From assembly GCA_964397225.1 (NCBI GenBank), contig CAYNHY010000002.1:1-39722 (forward strand): DNA of 39,722 bases, in the 5' to 3' direction. This stretch comes from an uncultured Ruminococcus sp. (GTDB taxonomy: Bacteria > Bacillota > Clostridia > Oscillospirales > CAG-272). The position numbers were made by a program, and so were the translations under genes. Positions 7,114 to 15,969 of this stretch are shown one piece after another. Position 1 is the first letter of the stretch. Each line of letters begins with the position of its first letter. The notes beneath the pieces are model-generated. The model was not told where the DNA came from, did not search any database, and was given only the letters and a program-made list of their open reading frames with translations.

Positions 7114-9987
7114 ATGAAAAAGCTGAAAAGATTCGTGAGCGCGCTGCTAGTGCTCATGATGCTCGTTACGTCGACAGTTGCAGTGTCGGCGGCGGGCGAG
7201 AACTGGCCGTACAAGGACGTCGGCGAGAAGAAATGGTTTTACGAGGCCATCAAGTACGCCGTCGACAACGGTCTGATGAACGGTACATCAGGCACGACCT
7301 TCGAGCCGAATGAGCCCATGACGCGAGCAATGTTCGTTACTGTGCTCGGACGTCTTTGCGGAGCCGAGGAGGTAAAGGAAAATACCTTCTCCGACGTTAA
7401 GATGAATCAGTACTACGCAGGCTATGTCGGCTGGGCGGTAAAGAACGGTATCGTTTCCGGCTACCCGGACGGCACCTTCAAGCCCGGTGACAATGTAAAC
7501 CGCCAGGAGGCGGCTGCAATGCTCTCCCGCTATATCGATCATGAGGATCTGCTGCTCGACTTTGTCGACGAGCTCCCCGGCGAGTACGCGGACGACGCGA
7601 AGTTTCAGAGCTGGACACGTGAGTTCATCGAGGAGCTGAGCATCTACGGAATCTTCGAGGGCGACGAGACAGGCAAGTTCGCACCGAAGGACAATCTCAC
7701 GAGAGCGCAGGGCGCGACACTGTTCATGCGTCTGAACGAGATGTTCACAAAGTCGAAGAACGCGACCTCCGTGGTTTCCGCCTACGACCTTATCAACACA
7801 CCCGAGAGCTTTATCAGTAACTTTGACTCGGAGCTCAACACCGCGGGAGATTATCCCGTAATGAGCCTCGTGCCGCACAGCTACTTCTCCGCTCCCTGGT
7901 ATATCGGCATGGACGTGCTCAAGACCGATATTCCCACGGGCTCTCTCGAGTATGTTAAGATCGCATACAAGGGTGACTCCACGGCTGACGCCTACATGGT
8001 AGTCAAGTCTCCTGTTTTCGAGAGCGAGCAGACCGCTCCGATAGCAACAGGTGAGGAAAACGGCTATCTGACCGCGACCTTCCGCCTCGGTGACCTTATC
8101 CGCGAGCACCGCGAGAGCTACTTCGGCGCAGAGAATCCCTACGACGGTAACCAGAGGCTTGTTCTCGACGAGCTCAATATCCGTTCGCTTTACAATACAC
8201 ATCTCAATATTCTCTTCTACCCCTACGGTAAAAATGTAGAGTCCGCAGAGCTGCTTTACATCAGCTACTTCTCCTCCGAGAGCGAGGCGAAGGCGTTTAC
8301 GGCAGAGTCTGCCGCGTCCTACATCAAGGGCGGCAAGGACGAGTACCCCACAGCGGATATCCGCGAAAACGGCGAGGCTGCTCTTACAGAGTACACCGAC
8401 AAGATGAATGACCGTATCGATGAGATACGCGACACCGAAAGCGCGATAAAGCCGAGTAACATCAAGGGAACCGTATACTACATTTCCAGCGTGAACGGAA
8501 ATGACAAGAACGATGGTCTGACCCCTGAGACAGCTTATGCGTCCGTGCTCCCGCTTTACAAGTTCAAGGCGGGCGGCTTGGTCATCGAGGACGTACTTGA
8601 GAGCGGCGACGGCGTGTTCGTCGAGCGCGGAAGCGTGCTTTATCCTCAGAAGAAGCTCGACACCAGATGGTCTGGCGATAAGATCATCGCTCTCCCCGCC
8701 GGCGTTACCGTCGGTGCATACGGCGAGGGTGAAAAGCCGATCTTCACGACAGCCGTTGATATTGAGGGAAAGACAAAGTGGCTCGCGACCGAGTATGATA
8801 ATGTATGGAAGCTTGACCATGACTTTTCCAGCACCAAGGCTGACGCTGCCGCATACTACGATGTCGGAAGCATTGCCGTATACGACAAGAACGGCAATGT
8901 CGGCTTCGGTATCAAGATCCTTCCCACAAAGCCGAACGATCCCTATGCAGAGGGCTCGATGACAGAGGGACTCGGACTTGTTTCGAACGGCTTTGAGACC
9001 TTTGTTAACGAGGAGCTTCCCGTTAAGGATCCGTCCGTTGTAAAGCACAACCTCGAGTACTTTATGGATTACGCCGCAGGCGCACTCTATATGTACTGCG
9101 ACAAGGGTAACCCCGCAGAGTACTATGACAAGCTCATCGTAGCTCGCCGCGGCTCCGCGTTTACCGTAAGCGGTGTCGATATCACAGTCGACAACATTAC
9201 GCTGGCGCACTGCGGAAGCCATGGCTTTGACATCGGCGATGCTAAGAATTTTGTTATCCAAAACTGCACCGTTGAGTGGATCGGCGGCTGTCTCCAGGGC
9301 GGCGGCGGAGACGACAAGGTCAGATTCGGTAACGGCTTCCAGAACTGGCAGAACTGCGACGGTATCTATATCGAGAACACCCTCTTCGACCAGATCTACG
9401 ACGGCGCATGCAGCACTCAGGTGGCATGGCCCTCTGACAAGACCAGCATCGTTAACGATTTTCACGTAACGGACTGCGTATTCATCGACTCCAACTCTCA
9501 GATTGAGATATGGAACCTTGCCGAGGACGAGGTCACCGCAAACACCTCCATTACCGGCTGCTACTTCCTCAATGAGCCCATGGAGGATCGCTTCGGAGCA
9601 CAGAGGGTAGCCGCAGACGGCACCGACATGGAATATGCGGGCGCCTGCATGTTCTACTTCTCACCTCTCGATCCCATTACCTACGACAACTGCCTCATCG
9701 AGGACAACGTATACATCTCCTACGACAGTAAGGTATATGAGGGACGTCAGTTCCTGTATCGCGGAAACGACAACGGTATTGTAACGAAGAACAACGTATT
9801 CTTCGGTGGTGCCGAGGGAACCTCCGACGTTCTCGCATCACTTCCGAGTGTTGACCTGCGCTGCTACTTTGTAGGTGTGAACGAGTGGGACATTCGTCAC
9901 AACCGTTCGTACTACAACAACGAGTTCATCACAAAGTGGACAGGACTCGGCTGCGACCGCGGAAGCATATTCTATGTTGTAAAGTAA
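7114..9987 (+). CDS. secreted SLH-domain protein with C-terminal right-handed parallel beta-helix region
   Basis: 957 aa. The signal peptide ends in VAVSA-AG. Three SLH repeats are present (PYKDVGEKKWFYEAI...TRAMFVTVL, FSDVKMNQYY...NRQEAAAML, YADDAKFQSW...TRAQGATLF). The C-terminal part contains beta-helix-like repeats (ITLAHCGSHGFDIGDAKNFVIQNCTVEWIGG...). Confidence 0.85.
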   Translation: MKKLKRFVSALLVLMMLVTSTVAVSAAGENWPYKDVGEKKWFYEAIKYAVDNGLMNGTSGTTFEPNEPMTRAMFVTVLGRLCGAEEVKENTFSDVKMNQYYAGYVGWAVKNGIVSGYPDGTFKPGDNVNRQEAAAMLSRYIDHEDLLLDFVDELPGEYADDAKFQSWTREFIEELSIYGIFEGDETGKFAPKDNLTRAQGATLFMRLNEMFTKSKNATSVVSAYDLINTPESFISNFDSELNTAGDYPVMSLVPHSYFSAPWYIGMDVLKTDIPTGSLEYVKIAYKGDSTADAYMVVKSPVFESEQTAPIATGEENGYLTATFRLGDLIREHRESYFGAENPYDGNQRLVLDELNIRSLYNTHLNILFYPYGKNVESAELLYISYFSSESEAKAFTAESAASYIKGGKDEYPTADIRENGEAALTEYTDKMNDRIDEIRDTESAIKPSNIKGTVYYISSVNGNDKNDGLTPETAYASVLPLYKFKAGGLVIEDVLESGDGVFVERGSVLYPQKKLDTRWSGDKIIALPAGVTVGAYGEGEKPIFTTAVDIEGKTKWLATEYDNVWKLDHDFSSTKADAAAYYDVGSIAVYDKNGNVGFGIKILPTKPNDPYAEGSMTEGLGLVSNGFETFVNEELPVKDPSVVKHNLEYFMDYAAGALYMYCDKGNPAEYYDKLIVARRGSAFTVSGVDITVDNITLAHCGSHGFDIGDAKNFVIQNCTVEWIGGCLQGGGGDDKVRFGNGFQNWQNCDGIYIENTLFDQIYDGACSTQVAWPSDKTSIVNDFHVTDCVFIDSNSQIEIWNLAEDEVTANTSITGCYFLNEPMEDRFGAQRVAADGTDMEYAGACMFYFSPLDPITYDNCLIEDNVYISYDSKVYEGRQFLYRGNDNGIVTKNNVFFGGAEGTSDVLASLPSVDLRCYFVGVNEWDIRHNRSYYNNEFITKWTGLGCDRGSIFYVVK

Positions 9988-10002
9988 CATTCTTTTTTCA
10001 AA

Positions 10003-10048
10003 GCGAAGGGCTCGTCACCTCGATGTGGCGAGCCTTTCGCCTTTTTCT
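10003..10048 (+). terminator. rho-independent terminator after the first SLH gene
   Basis: A 12-bp stem forms between GCGAAGGGCTCG and CGAGCCTTTCGC (one G-U pair), followed by CTTTTTCT. Confidence 0.7.
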
Positions 10049-10108
10049 GCACGTAGGGGGACGCGTATCGCTTGAGCTTCGTTGATTTTTTTAGAGACTG
10101 ATTTGCTA

Positions 10109-10137
10109 TTGACAATTGTAAATGCAGACTGTATAAT
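10109..10137 (+). promoter_or_regulatory. consensus sigma-A promoter (TTGACA-17-TATAAT) for the second SLH gene
   Basis: TTGACA at 10109-10114 and TATAAT at 10132-10137. Confidence 0.7.
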
Positions 10138-10190
10138 AAAGCAGTAGGGTCACAAAATGACCGAAAATATTTTCGAAAGAGGAGAAAATA

Positions 10191-12878
10191 ATGAGTAAAA
10201 CAAGAATTATCTCCCTGCTGATGGCGTTGCTTATGCTTCTCGGCACGCTTGCGCTCGGTACAACGGCAGCGGAGAGCTCACCGTACAAGGACGTCAAGCC
10301 CGCCCGCTGGAGCTTTGATGAGATAATGTACGCAACAGAGCACGGCTACATGAACGGCAAGGGAGGCGGACTCTTCGCGCCCGAGGAATTCCTTACCCGC
10401 GCTATGGTCGTTACGGTGCTTTACCGCTTCCAGGGTGAGCCTGAGGTCAAGTACAGCGCGATCTTTGAGGATGTAAAGGCAAAGGACTGGTATGCTGATG
10501 CCATCATTTGGGCGGCTGAGAACGATATCGTCAATGGTATCGAGTCACGAAGGTTCGCGCCGATGGATTACGTCACACGCGAGCAGCTTGCCGCGATTCT
10601 CATGCGCTACGCACCGCTTGAGTTCATTATCACAGACGATACAAAGGACATTTCCGGCTATAAGGACTATAATAAGGTCCATGCATACGCGAAGGACGCT
10701 ATGGCGTGGGCTAATGCCGTCGGAATTATAACGGGCGTGACCAAAACGACGCTCGAGCCGAGAAGCGGCGCAACGCGTGAGCAGTTCGCTGTAATGCTCA
10801 TGCGCTTCAAGGAAAACGACACCTTCAAGTTTAAGCTCGTCTACAACGAGCCGACGGGCTTCAGCACATACACCGAGAAGGAATATCCTCTCGTTGAGGA
10901 CGCGGATATTTACGTAGCAGTCGACGGAAACGACGCTAACAGCGGTACAAAGGACAAGCCCGTTGCGACCTTTGCACGCGCGAAGGAGCTCGTCCGCGAG
11001 CTGAAGAAGACGGCAACCGAGGAGATCAAGGTCGCCTTCAAGGCGGGAGATTACGGAAATCTCGACAACCTCACCTTTACAGCCGAGGACTCGGGAACGG
11101 CAGAGGTGCCGATCACGTACTGTGCTTACGGCGACGGCGAGGTCATCTTCTCTAATGGCGTTCTCATCGCGGGCGACAGCTTTTCGAAGCTTGACGCAGA
11201 CGAGCTTGAGATGTTCGCAGAGAAGGCTCGCGACAATATTTATAAGGTGGACCTTGCCGGCAAGATATCGAAGCTTGAAAGCAATAACCTTGTGTTCAGC
11301 GCAACGGGTCTCTGCCACGAGGCACGCTATCCCAACAAGAAGGCTGACGGCACGGATGACTGCTTCAGAGGCTTCACGACACGTGTCGAGGAGGAGGGCA
11401 AGGAGGAATACGAGTACGATAAGCTCGAGCTCCAGGGTCTTGCTGCTGTCATTTGTGACAGGTTCTCCACCGTCGAGGGCATGAAGATTACCGGAATGTT
11501 CCGCACGGGCTGGTTCTACGACACCTTCGCAACAAAGGGCTACGATAAGACAACGAAGTACCTTACGCTCGACTACGAGAACAGCGGCTTCGAAAGCGGC
11601 TATAACCTCCACCAGTTCCCGCTCGCATATGAGGGAAGAATGACAGATACCATATTCTTCCATAACCTTGCAGAGCTTCTTGACGCCGAGGGCGAGTATT
11701 GGTTTGACACGAAGACCTGCCGACTTTACGTATACAAGCCGAACGGCGACTATGCGATAAGCACCGGCGGCACATTCATGACGCTCGAGAGCGGTGCCGA
11801 TTACCTCAGCTTTGTCGGACTCGAGTTCAACACCTCTACCTCCACCGCCATTGACAGCCACGGTAACAATGTTACCTTCAGGCTTTGCACCGTCGGTAAC
11901 ATTGCAAGCGAGTACGCGCTACGCGCAGACCGCGTTGTTAACATGACTGTTACGGAGTGTGAATTCTTTAATTTCGTCAGCCAGGGCGTTGCTATCACGT
12001 CTTGGACTAACAGAAACCTCCTCATTCCCGGCAACAACGTTATCGACAATAACTACTTCCACGATTTCAGCCTGCCGCAGTACTTCAATGCAAGTGCCGT
12101 TACCATAAGCAACGACGTTGCGGCGAAGATCTCGCACAACTACTTCGAGAACGGCGCGCATTCCGCTATCCGCTATAACGCCTGTGTAGATACCGAGATC
12201 GAGTATAATGTGTTTGACAACATGATGATGACCACCGACGACTTCGGTGCAGTCTACACATGGCACGCAGACGCATTCCGCGACAACAAGATCCGCTACA
12301 ATCTGTTTATGAACATGGCGGGCGGCGCTAAGTACAGCGTTTACCTTGACGATGGCTCGAGCGGTCAGCAGGTCTACGGAAATATCTTCTACAAGGTCGG
12401 TGCCTTCGTATTCAACGGCGGTCGCGACAATGTCGTTCACGACAATATCTTCATCAAGTCCGGGTTCCTTACCTACAACTCCGGCGTTTACGGCCTTGTC
12501 ATGGACGGAAAGCCCGAGGAGGTCGTAAATCATGCAAACTACCAGTATCTCGTTAACGACAGAGTAAACGAGGGCGAGGTGGGCTATGACCTTTGGCGAG
12601 AGAGATGGCCTATCATGTATAACTTTAACATCGACCCTGACAGGATCGACGAGAAGGAGTGCCTGTTCAGAATGGTCAACTACCTTGACAACAACTATGT
12701 CATCGGCGACGAGGTCCGCTTCAATGAGGTGGCGCAGCTCTTTGCCGAGGGAGAGAACAACGTTTCCTTCGAGGAAACCGAAAATCCCGTATTCGTCGAC
12801 CCGACGCACGGTGATTACAGCATCCGCGAGGACGCAGACTTCTTCAAGATTCCCTACAAGCAGATAGGCAGATATTGA
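10191..12878 (+). CDS. secreted SLH-domain protein with parallel beta-helix (PbH1) repeats
   Basis: 895 aa. RBS AGAGGAGA is present. The signal peptide ends in LGTTA-AE. Three SLH repeats are present. The C-terminal half carries repeated N-x-I/F-x-D/N-N motifs (NNVIDNNYFHDF, ISHNYFENG, IEYNVFDNM, IRYNLFMNM, VYGNIFYKV, VVHDNIFIKS). Confidence 0.85.
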   Translation: MSKTRIISLLMALLMLLGTLALGTTAAESSPYKDVKPARWSFDEIMYATEHGYMNGKGGGLFAPEEFLTRAMVVTVLYRFQGEPEVKYSAIFEDVKAKDWYADAIIWAAENDIVNGIESRRFAPMDYVTREQLAAILMRYAPLEFIITDDTKDISGYKDYNKVHAYAKDAMAWANAVGIITGVTKTTLEPRSGATREQFAVMLMRFKENDTFKFKLVYNEPTGFSTYTEKEYPLVEDADIYVAVDGNDANSGTKDKPVATFARAKELVRELKKTATEEIKVAFKAGDYGNLDNLTFTAEDSGTAEVPITYCAYGDGEVIFSNGVLIAGDSFSKLDADELEMFAEKARDNIYKVDLAGKISKLESNNLVFSATGLCHEARYPNKKADGTDDCFRGFTTRVEEEGKEEYEYDKLELQGLAAVICDRFSTVEGMKITGMFRTGWFYDTFATKGYDKTTKYLTLDYENSGFESGYNLHQFPLAYEGRMTDTIFFHNLAELLDAEGEYWFDTKTCRLYVYKPNGDYAISTGGTFMTLESGADYLSFVGLEFNTSTSTAIDSHGNNVTFRLCTVGNIASEYALRADRVVNMTVTECEFFNFVSQGVAITSWTNRNLLIPGNNVIDNNYFHDFSLPQYFNASAVTISNDVAAKISHNYFENGAHSAIRYNACVDTEIEYNVFDNMMMTTDDFGAVYTWHADAFRDNKIRYNLFMNMAGGAKYSVYLDDGSSGQQVYGNIFYKVGAFVFNGGRDNVVHDNIFIKSGFLTYNSGVYGLVMDGKPEEVVNHANYQYLVNDRVNEGEVGYDLWRERWPIMYNFNIDPDRIDEKECLFRMVNYLDNNYVIGDEVRFNEVAQLFAEGENNVSFEETENPVFVDPTHGDYSIREDADFFKIPYKQIGRY

Positions 12879-12886
12879 TAAACATG

Positions 12887-12920
12887 AAAAAACGGGCGTC
12901 CCGCGGGATGCCCGTTTTTT
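12887..12920. terminator. bidirectional rho-independent terminator between convergent genes
   Basis: The sequence reads AAAAAACGGGCGTCC-CGC-GGATGCCCGTTTTTT. The stem is flanked by an A-run and a T-run. Confidence 0.8.
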
Positions 12921-12926
12921 GATCGC

Positions 12927-14792
12927 TCAGAAATGCCTGTCGTATAAAAGCGCAGCTATCAGAATTACAAAGCAGGAGCCGATATTGTGAACGAGGGCGC
13001 CTGTGGTCGGCGTGAGCAGACCGAGCACCGACAGAAGCACGGCAAGCACGTTTATCGCCATCGAGAGCGTTATGCCCGCCTTGATCGTTTTCACCGTCGC
13101 ACGCGACAGCCTCATCAGGTATGGCAGGGAAGAAATGTCGTCGCGCATCAGGGCAATGTCGGCAGCGTCGAGCGCAATATCGCTTCCCATGCAGCCCATG
13201 GCGATGCCGACGTCTGCACTTTTCAGCGCGGGAGCGTCGTTTATGCCGTCGCCTACCATGCAGACGCAGCCTCCGCCGAGGCGAAGCTTCTTGATGCTGT
13301 CGACCTTACCCTCGGGAAGCAGCTCGCCGTGAACATCTGATATTCCCGCCCTTGCCGCCATGTGCTCGGCGGCTTTTTTGTTGTCTCCGGTGAGAAGCAC
13401 ACAGCCGACATTCATCTGCGACAGGCTCGAAACGACCTCGCAGCTTTCGTCGCGGAGCACATCCGAGAGCGCTATGACACCTACGCAGCTGCCGTCTGCG
13501 GCAACGAGCACGGACGCCTTGCCCTCGCCTTGCAGCGAGTCGAGCGTGCTTATTGCGGGCTCCTGTAGAGAAACACCGTTTTCACGTAGATAATCCGCGT
13601 TTCCGCACAGCACGCGGCGACTGCTTACGGCAGCTGTGACACCGCGACCTGCCTTCATTGTAAAGTCGTAGCTTTCCGCAATCGGCACCTCGAGCTTTTT
13701 TGCATGTGAGACTATTGCGCGGGCGAGCGGGTGCTCGCTCTTTGCTTCGGCGGTTGCCGAAAGTGCAAGAAGCTCATCCTTATCGATGCAGTCGGTGAAG
13801 GGAATAATGTCGCATACGCACAGTGTGCCGCGCGTCAGCGTGCCGGTTTTATCAAAAGCGAACGTGTCAACGTGTCCCATTCGCTCGAGCGCCTCGCCCG
13901 ACTTGATTATAACGCCGTGCCGCGCTGCCTGACCAACAGCAGCCATTATTGCCGTCGGTGTGGCAAGCACGAGAGCGCATGGGCAGAATACGACAAGCAC
14001 CGTTACAGCGCGGACGATGTCGCGTGTTACGAAATAGGTTATAACGGCAATAAGCAGAGCTGTCGGTACAAGAAAGCTTGCCGCGCGGTCGGCTATGCGT
14101 GCGGTCGGAGCCTTTTTCTCCTCCGCCTCGCGAACCATGCGGATAAGCTTCGAAAGCGAGCTGTCCTCACCCACCTTCGATGCGCGAATGTCGATGGTGC
14201 CGAAGCGGTTTATCGTTCCGCAGAATACCTCGTCGCCAACCCTGCGCTCCACGGGCAGCGACTCTCCCGTGATGACCGACTGATCTATCGAGCTTTCGCC
14301 GTCGACGATAACACCGTCGACCGGTATTGCCTCGCCGGGGAGAATTCTCAATATATCGCCGAGACGGATGTCCTCTGCGGGCACCGATTCCTCGCGTCCG
14401 TCGCGAATTCTTCTGCCCTGTGTCGGAGCAAGCTCAATGAGCTTGTGAAGTCCCTTCCTTGCGCGGTCTGTCGTCACGTCCTCAAGTATCTCGCCGAGAG
14501 CCATTATGAACGCGACCTCACCCGCCGCGAAGAGGTCTCCGATGGCGATGGCGGCTATCATAGCTGCGGTGATGAGAAGAGGCGAGGAAATTTTTGAAAG
14601 TCCCTTCGCGCATACAAGGCGCCGCGCCGCGGAATAAACGAGCGGCAGACCGCTGATTATCACCGCGACCCAAGCGGGGTCGACCGGCAGAGAGTGACCG
14701 AGCTTTGACAGGACAAAGCTGAGTACGAGAAATGCACCGCCTACAAGCGTTGCGGGGATGCCCGTTAAGACTTCACGGATTTTTCGGATCAT
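12927..14792 (-). CDS. P1B-type heavy-metal translocating ATPase (CPC type) without an N-terminal metal-binding domain
   Basis: The start was re-assigned to MIRKIREVL (ATG at 14792) because AAGGAGA lies 7 nt upstream. Motifs present are TGES, the CPC transmembrane motif, DKTGTLT, and GDGINDAPAL. The protein begins directly with TM helices and has no CxxC/HMA domain. Confidence 0.88.
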   Translation of the reverse strand: MIRKIREVLTGIPATLVGGAFLVLSFVLSKLGHSLPVDPAWVAVIISGLPLVYSAARRLVCAKGLSKISSPLLITAAMIAAIAIGDLFAAGEVAFIMALGEILEDVTTDRARKGLHKLIELAPTQGRRIRDGREESVPAEDIRLGDILRILPGEAIPVDGVIVDGESSIDQSVITGESLPVERRVGDEVFCGTINRFGTIDIRASKVGEDSSLSKLIRMVREAEEKKAPTARIADRAASFLVPTALLIAVITYFVTRDIVRAVTVLVVFCPCALVLATPTAIMAAVGQAARHGVIIKSGEALERMGHVDTFAFDKTGTLTRGTLCVCDIIPFTDCIDKDELLALSATAEAKSEHPLARAIVSHAKKLEVPIAESYDFTMKAGRGVTAAVSSRRVLCGNADYLRENGVSLQEPAISTLDSLQGEGKASVLVAADGSCVGVIALSDVLRDESCEVVSSLSQMNVGCVLLTGDNKKAAEHMAARAGISDVHGELLPEGKVDSIKKLRLGGGCVCMVGDGINDAPALKSADVGIAMGCMGSDIALDAADIALMRDDISSLPYLMRLSRATVKTIKAGITLSMAINVLAVLLSVLGLLTPTTGALVHNIGSCFVILIAALLYDRHF

Positions 14793-14807
14793 GACTGTAT
14801 CTCCTTC

Positions 14808-14836
14808 TTGACATCGCACCTTCAGTGCGGTATAAT
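14808..14836 (+). promoter_or_regulatory. consensus sigma-A promoter (TTGACA-17-TATAAT) for the TetR gene
   Basis: TTGACA at 14808-14813 and TATAAT at 14831-14836. The spacer contains the palindrome GCAC-CTTCA-GTGC. Confidence 0.7.
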
Positions 14837-14874
14837 GTGTATGATAACAAACACACCGTTCTGTTACTGTCTTG

Positions 14875-14903
14875 ATTATACATGCTCGGTGTGTAAAATT
14901 CAA
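14875..14903 (-). promoter_or_regulatory. sigma-A promoter (TTGAAT-17-TATAAT, minus strand) for the ATPase gene
   Basis: attata at 14875-14880 and attcaa at 14898-14903 on the plus strand, with a 17-nt spacer. It faces the TetR promoter, so the two predicted 5' ends overlap. The 8-nt inverted repeat ACACACCG (14851-58) / CGGTGTGT (14887-94) brackets the -10. Confidence 0.6.
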
Positions 14904-14964
14904 GGAGCAAAAAAACGCACCTGTAGCTTAATGAACGTTTTTTTGAATTTGTTCGGGAGGAAAT

Positions 14965-15528
14965 ATGGACAGACGCCAAAAGAGGACGCGCGAGGCGATA
15001 TTTTCGGCATTTACGGAGCTTTTATCTGAGAAAAGCTATGAGCACATATCGGTGCAAGAGATAATCGACGCCGCCAATATCGGCAGAACTACCTTTTACG
15101 CGCATTTTGAGACCAAGGAATATTTGCTCCGCGATCTTTGTGAGGAGTTGTTCGGGCATATAATAGGTACGGCGATGGGACTGCCGCAGGGTCAGTACCA
15201 CTGCACCTGCGGCAGCAGCACGGACTCGGTATTTTTGCACCTTTTGCGGCATCTCCAGGAAAACGACCGCAATATTCTCGAGCTGCTGAACTCGCAGAAT
15301 AACGAGATATTTCTTCGCTACTTCAAGAGCGGGCTCCTGAAGCTGATAGTTGCGCAATACGCGCACCGCGGGCTGCTGAAGCATTCGGTGCTGCCCGAGG
15401 ACTACCTTGTAAACCACATATCCTCGTCGTTCGTCGACACGGTCGTCTGGTGGCTGTCGCGCGGGATGAAGGAGTCGCCCGAGCAGCTTGCGGAGTACTT
15501 TCTCGCCACGGTTGAGCCGATACTTTGA
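14965..15528 (+). CDS. TetR/AcrR family transcriptional regulator
   Basis: 187 aa. The N-terminal HTH region RTREAIFSAFTELLSEKSYEHISVQEIIDAANIGRTTFYAHFETKEYLL is typical of TetR_N. RBS GGGAGG is present. Confidence 0.88.
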   Translation: MDRRQKRTREAIFSAFTELLSEKSYEHISVQEIIDAANIGRTTFYAHFETKEYLLRDLCEELFGHIIGTAMGLPQGQYHCTCGSSTDSVFLHLLRHLQENDRNILELLNSQNNEIFLRYFKSGLLKLIVAQYAHRGLLKHSVLPEDYLVNHISSSFVDTVVWWLSRGMKESPEQLAEYFLATVEPIL

Positions 15529-15546
15529 TCGATAAAGCGTCGCAAA

Positions 15547-15592
15547 ACGTCTTTTCGGCATGTGCGTAACATGAGCCGAGAGGCGTTTTTTC
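15547..15592 (+). terminator. rho-independent terminator after the TetR gene
   Basis: A long imperfect hairpin forms between ACGTCTTTTCGGCATG and CATGAGCCGAGAGGCGT, followed by TTTTTT. Confidence 0.6.
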
Positions 15593-15885
15593 TTTCCACT
15601 TTGCAGCCTTAAAAAGTTACAAATACGAACAGCTGCTCGTCGCTTGCCGCCGCACACGTCGTAATCGTTACCAATTTTGCAGCCGAAAAGCCGCTCGTCG
15701 CCCGTGCTAATTCATAAAACGTCGCACAAGGGCGGTTAATATTCGGAAAGGCTGAATTGCGGAAGAATATCGCAAAAATGGGAAACAATTGTATATTTGC
15801 CGTCGCTTTACGTGACATTGGCTCGAATATTCGGAAAAAGGCGCAAAAAACGCGAAAATAACATAAATATTTTTATGCTAACCCC

Positions 15886-15914
15886 TTGCTATTTAGCCTT
15901 GATTGATATATAAT
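15886..15914 (+). promoter_or_regulatory. Pmra-like sigma-A promoter (TTGCTA-17-TATAAT)
   Basis: TTGCTA at 15886-15891 and TATAAT at 15909-15914, 55 nt upstream of the mraZ ATG. Confidence 0.6.
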
Positions 15915-15923
15915 AATATCGAG

Positions 15924-15949
15924 GTGGAGCAAAGTGCCACAAAGTGGAG
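15924..15949 (+). promoter_or_regulatory. putative MraZ operator: three GTG-hexamers with 10-bp phasing
   Basis: The sequence GTGGAG-CAAA-GTGCCA-CAAA-GTGGAG lies immediately downstream of the -10. The phasing and position match MraZ direct-repeat operators described in other bacteria. Confidence 0.55.
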
Positions 15950-15969
15950 CGAAAAGGAGGGGATAAGCC

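Noticed and set aside
6915-7214. N-terminal 100 residues of track ORF 5769-7214
   Set aside because: The extension runs through the intergenic promoter region and overlaps the SLH gene start. The homologous protein starts at MDFSRLDAF, which has its own RBS.
7288-9465. 725-aa minus-strand ORF antisense to the first SLH gene
   Set aside because: It has no RBS or signal sequence and its composition is low-information and Val/Leu/Ala-rich. The plus-strand frame has clear SLH repeats, a signal peptide and an RBS. It is a typical GC-rich antisense shadow.
10545-12809. 438-aa and 296-aa minus-strand ORFs inside the second SLH gene
   Set aside because: They are antisense shadows with no start context and no recognisable motifs.
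13731-14597. 288-aa plus-strand ORF inside the P-type ATPase gene
   Set aside because: It is an antisense shadow. The minus frame has the TGES, CPC, DKTGT and GDGINDAP motifs.
14793-14903. N-terminal 37 residues of track ORF 12927-14903
   Set aside because: The extension covers the divergent promoter region. A strong RBS precedes the ATG at 14792.
15609-15818. 69-aa minus-strand ORF in the mraZ upstream spacer
   Set aside because: It has no RBS and lies in a repeat-rich non-coding spacer.
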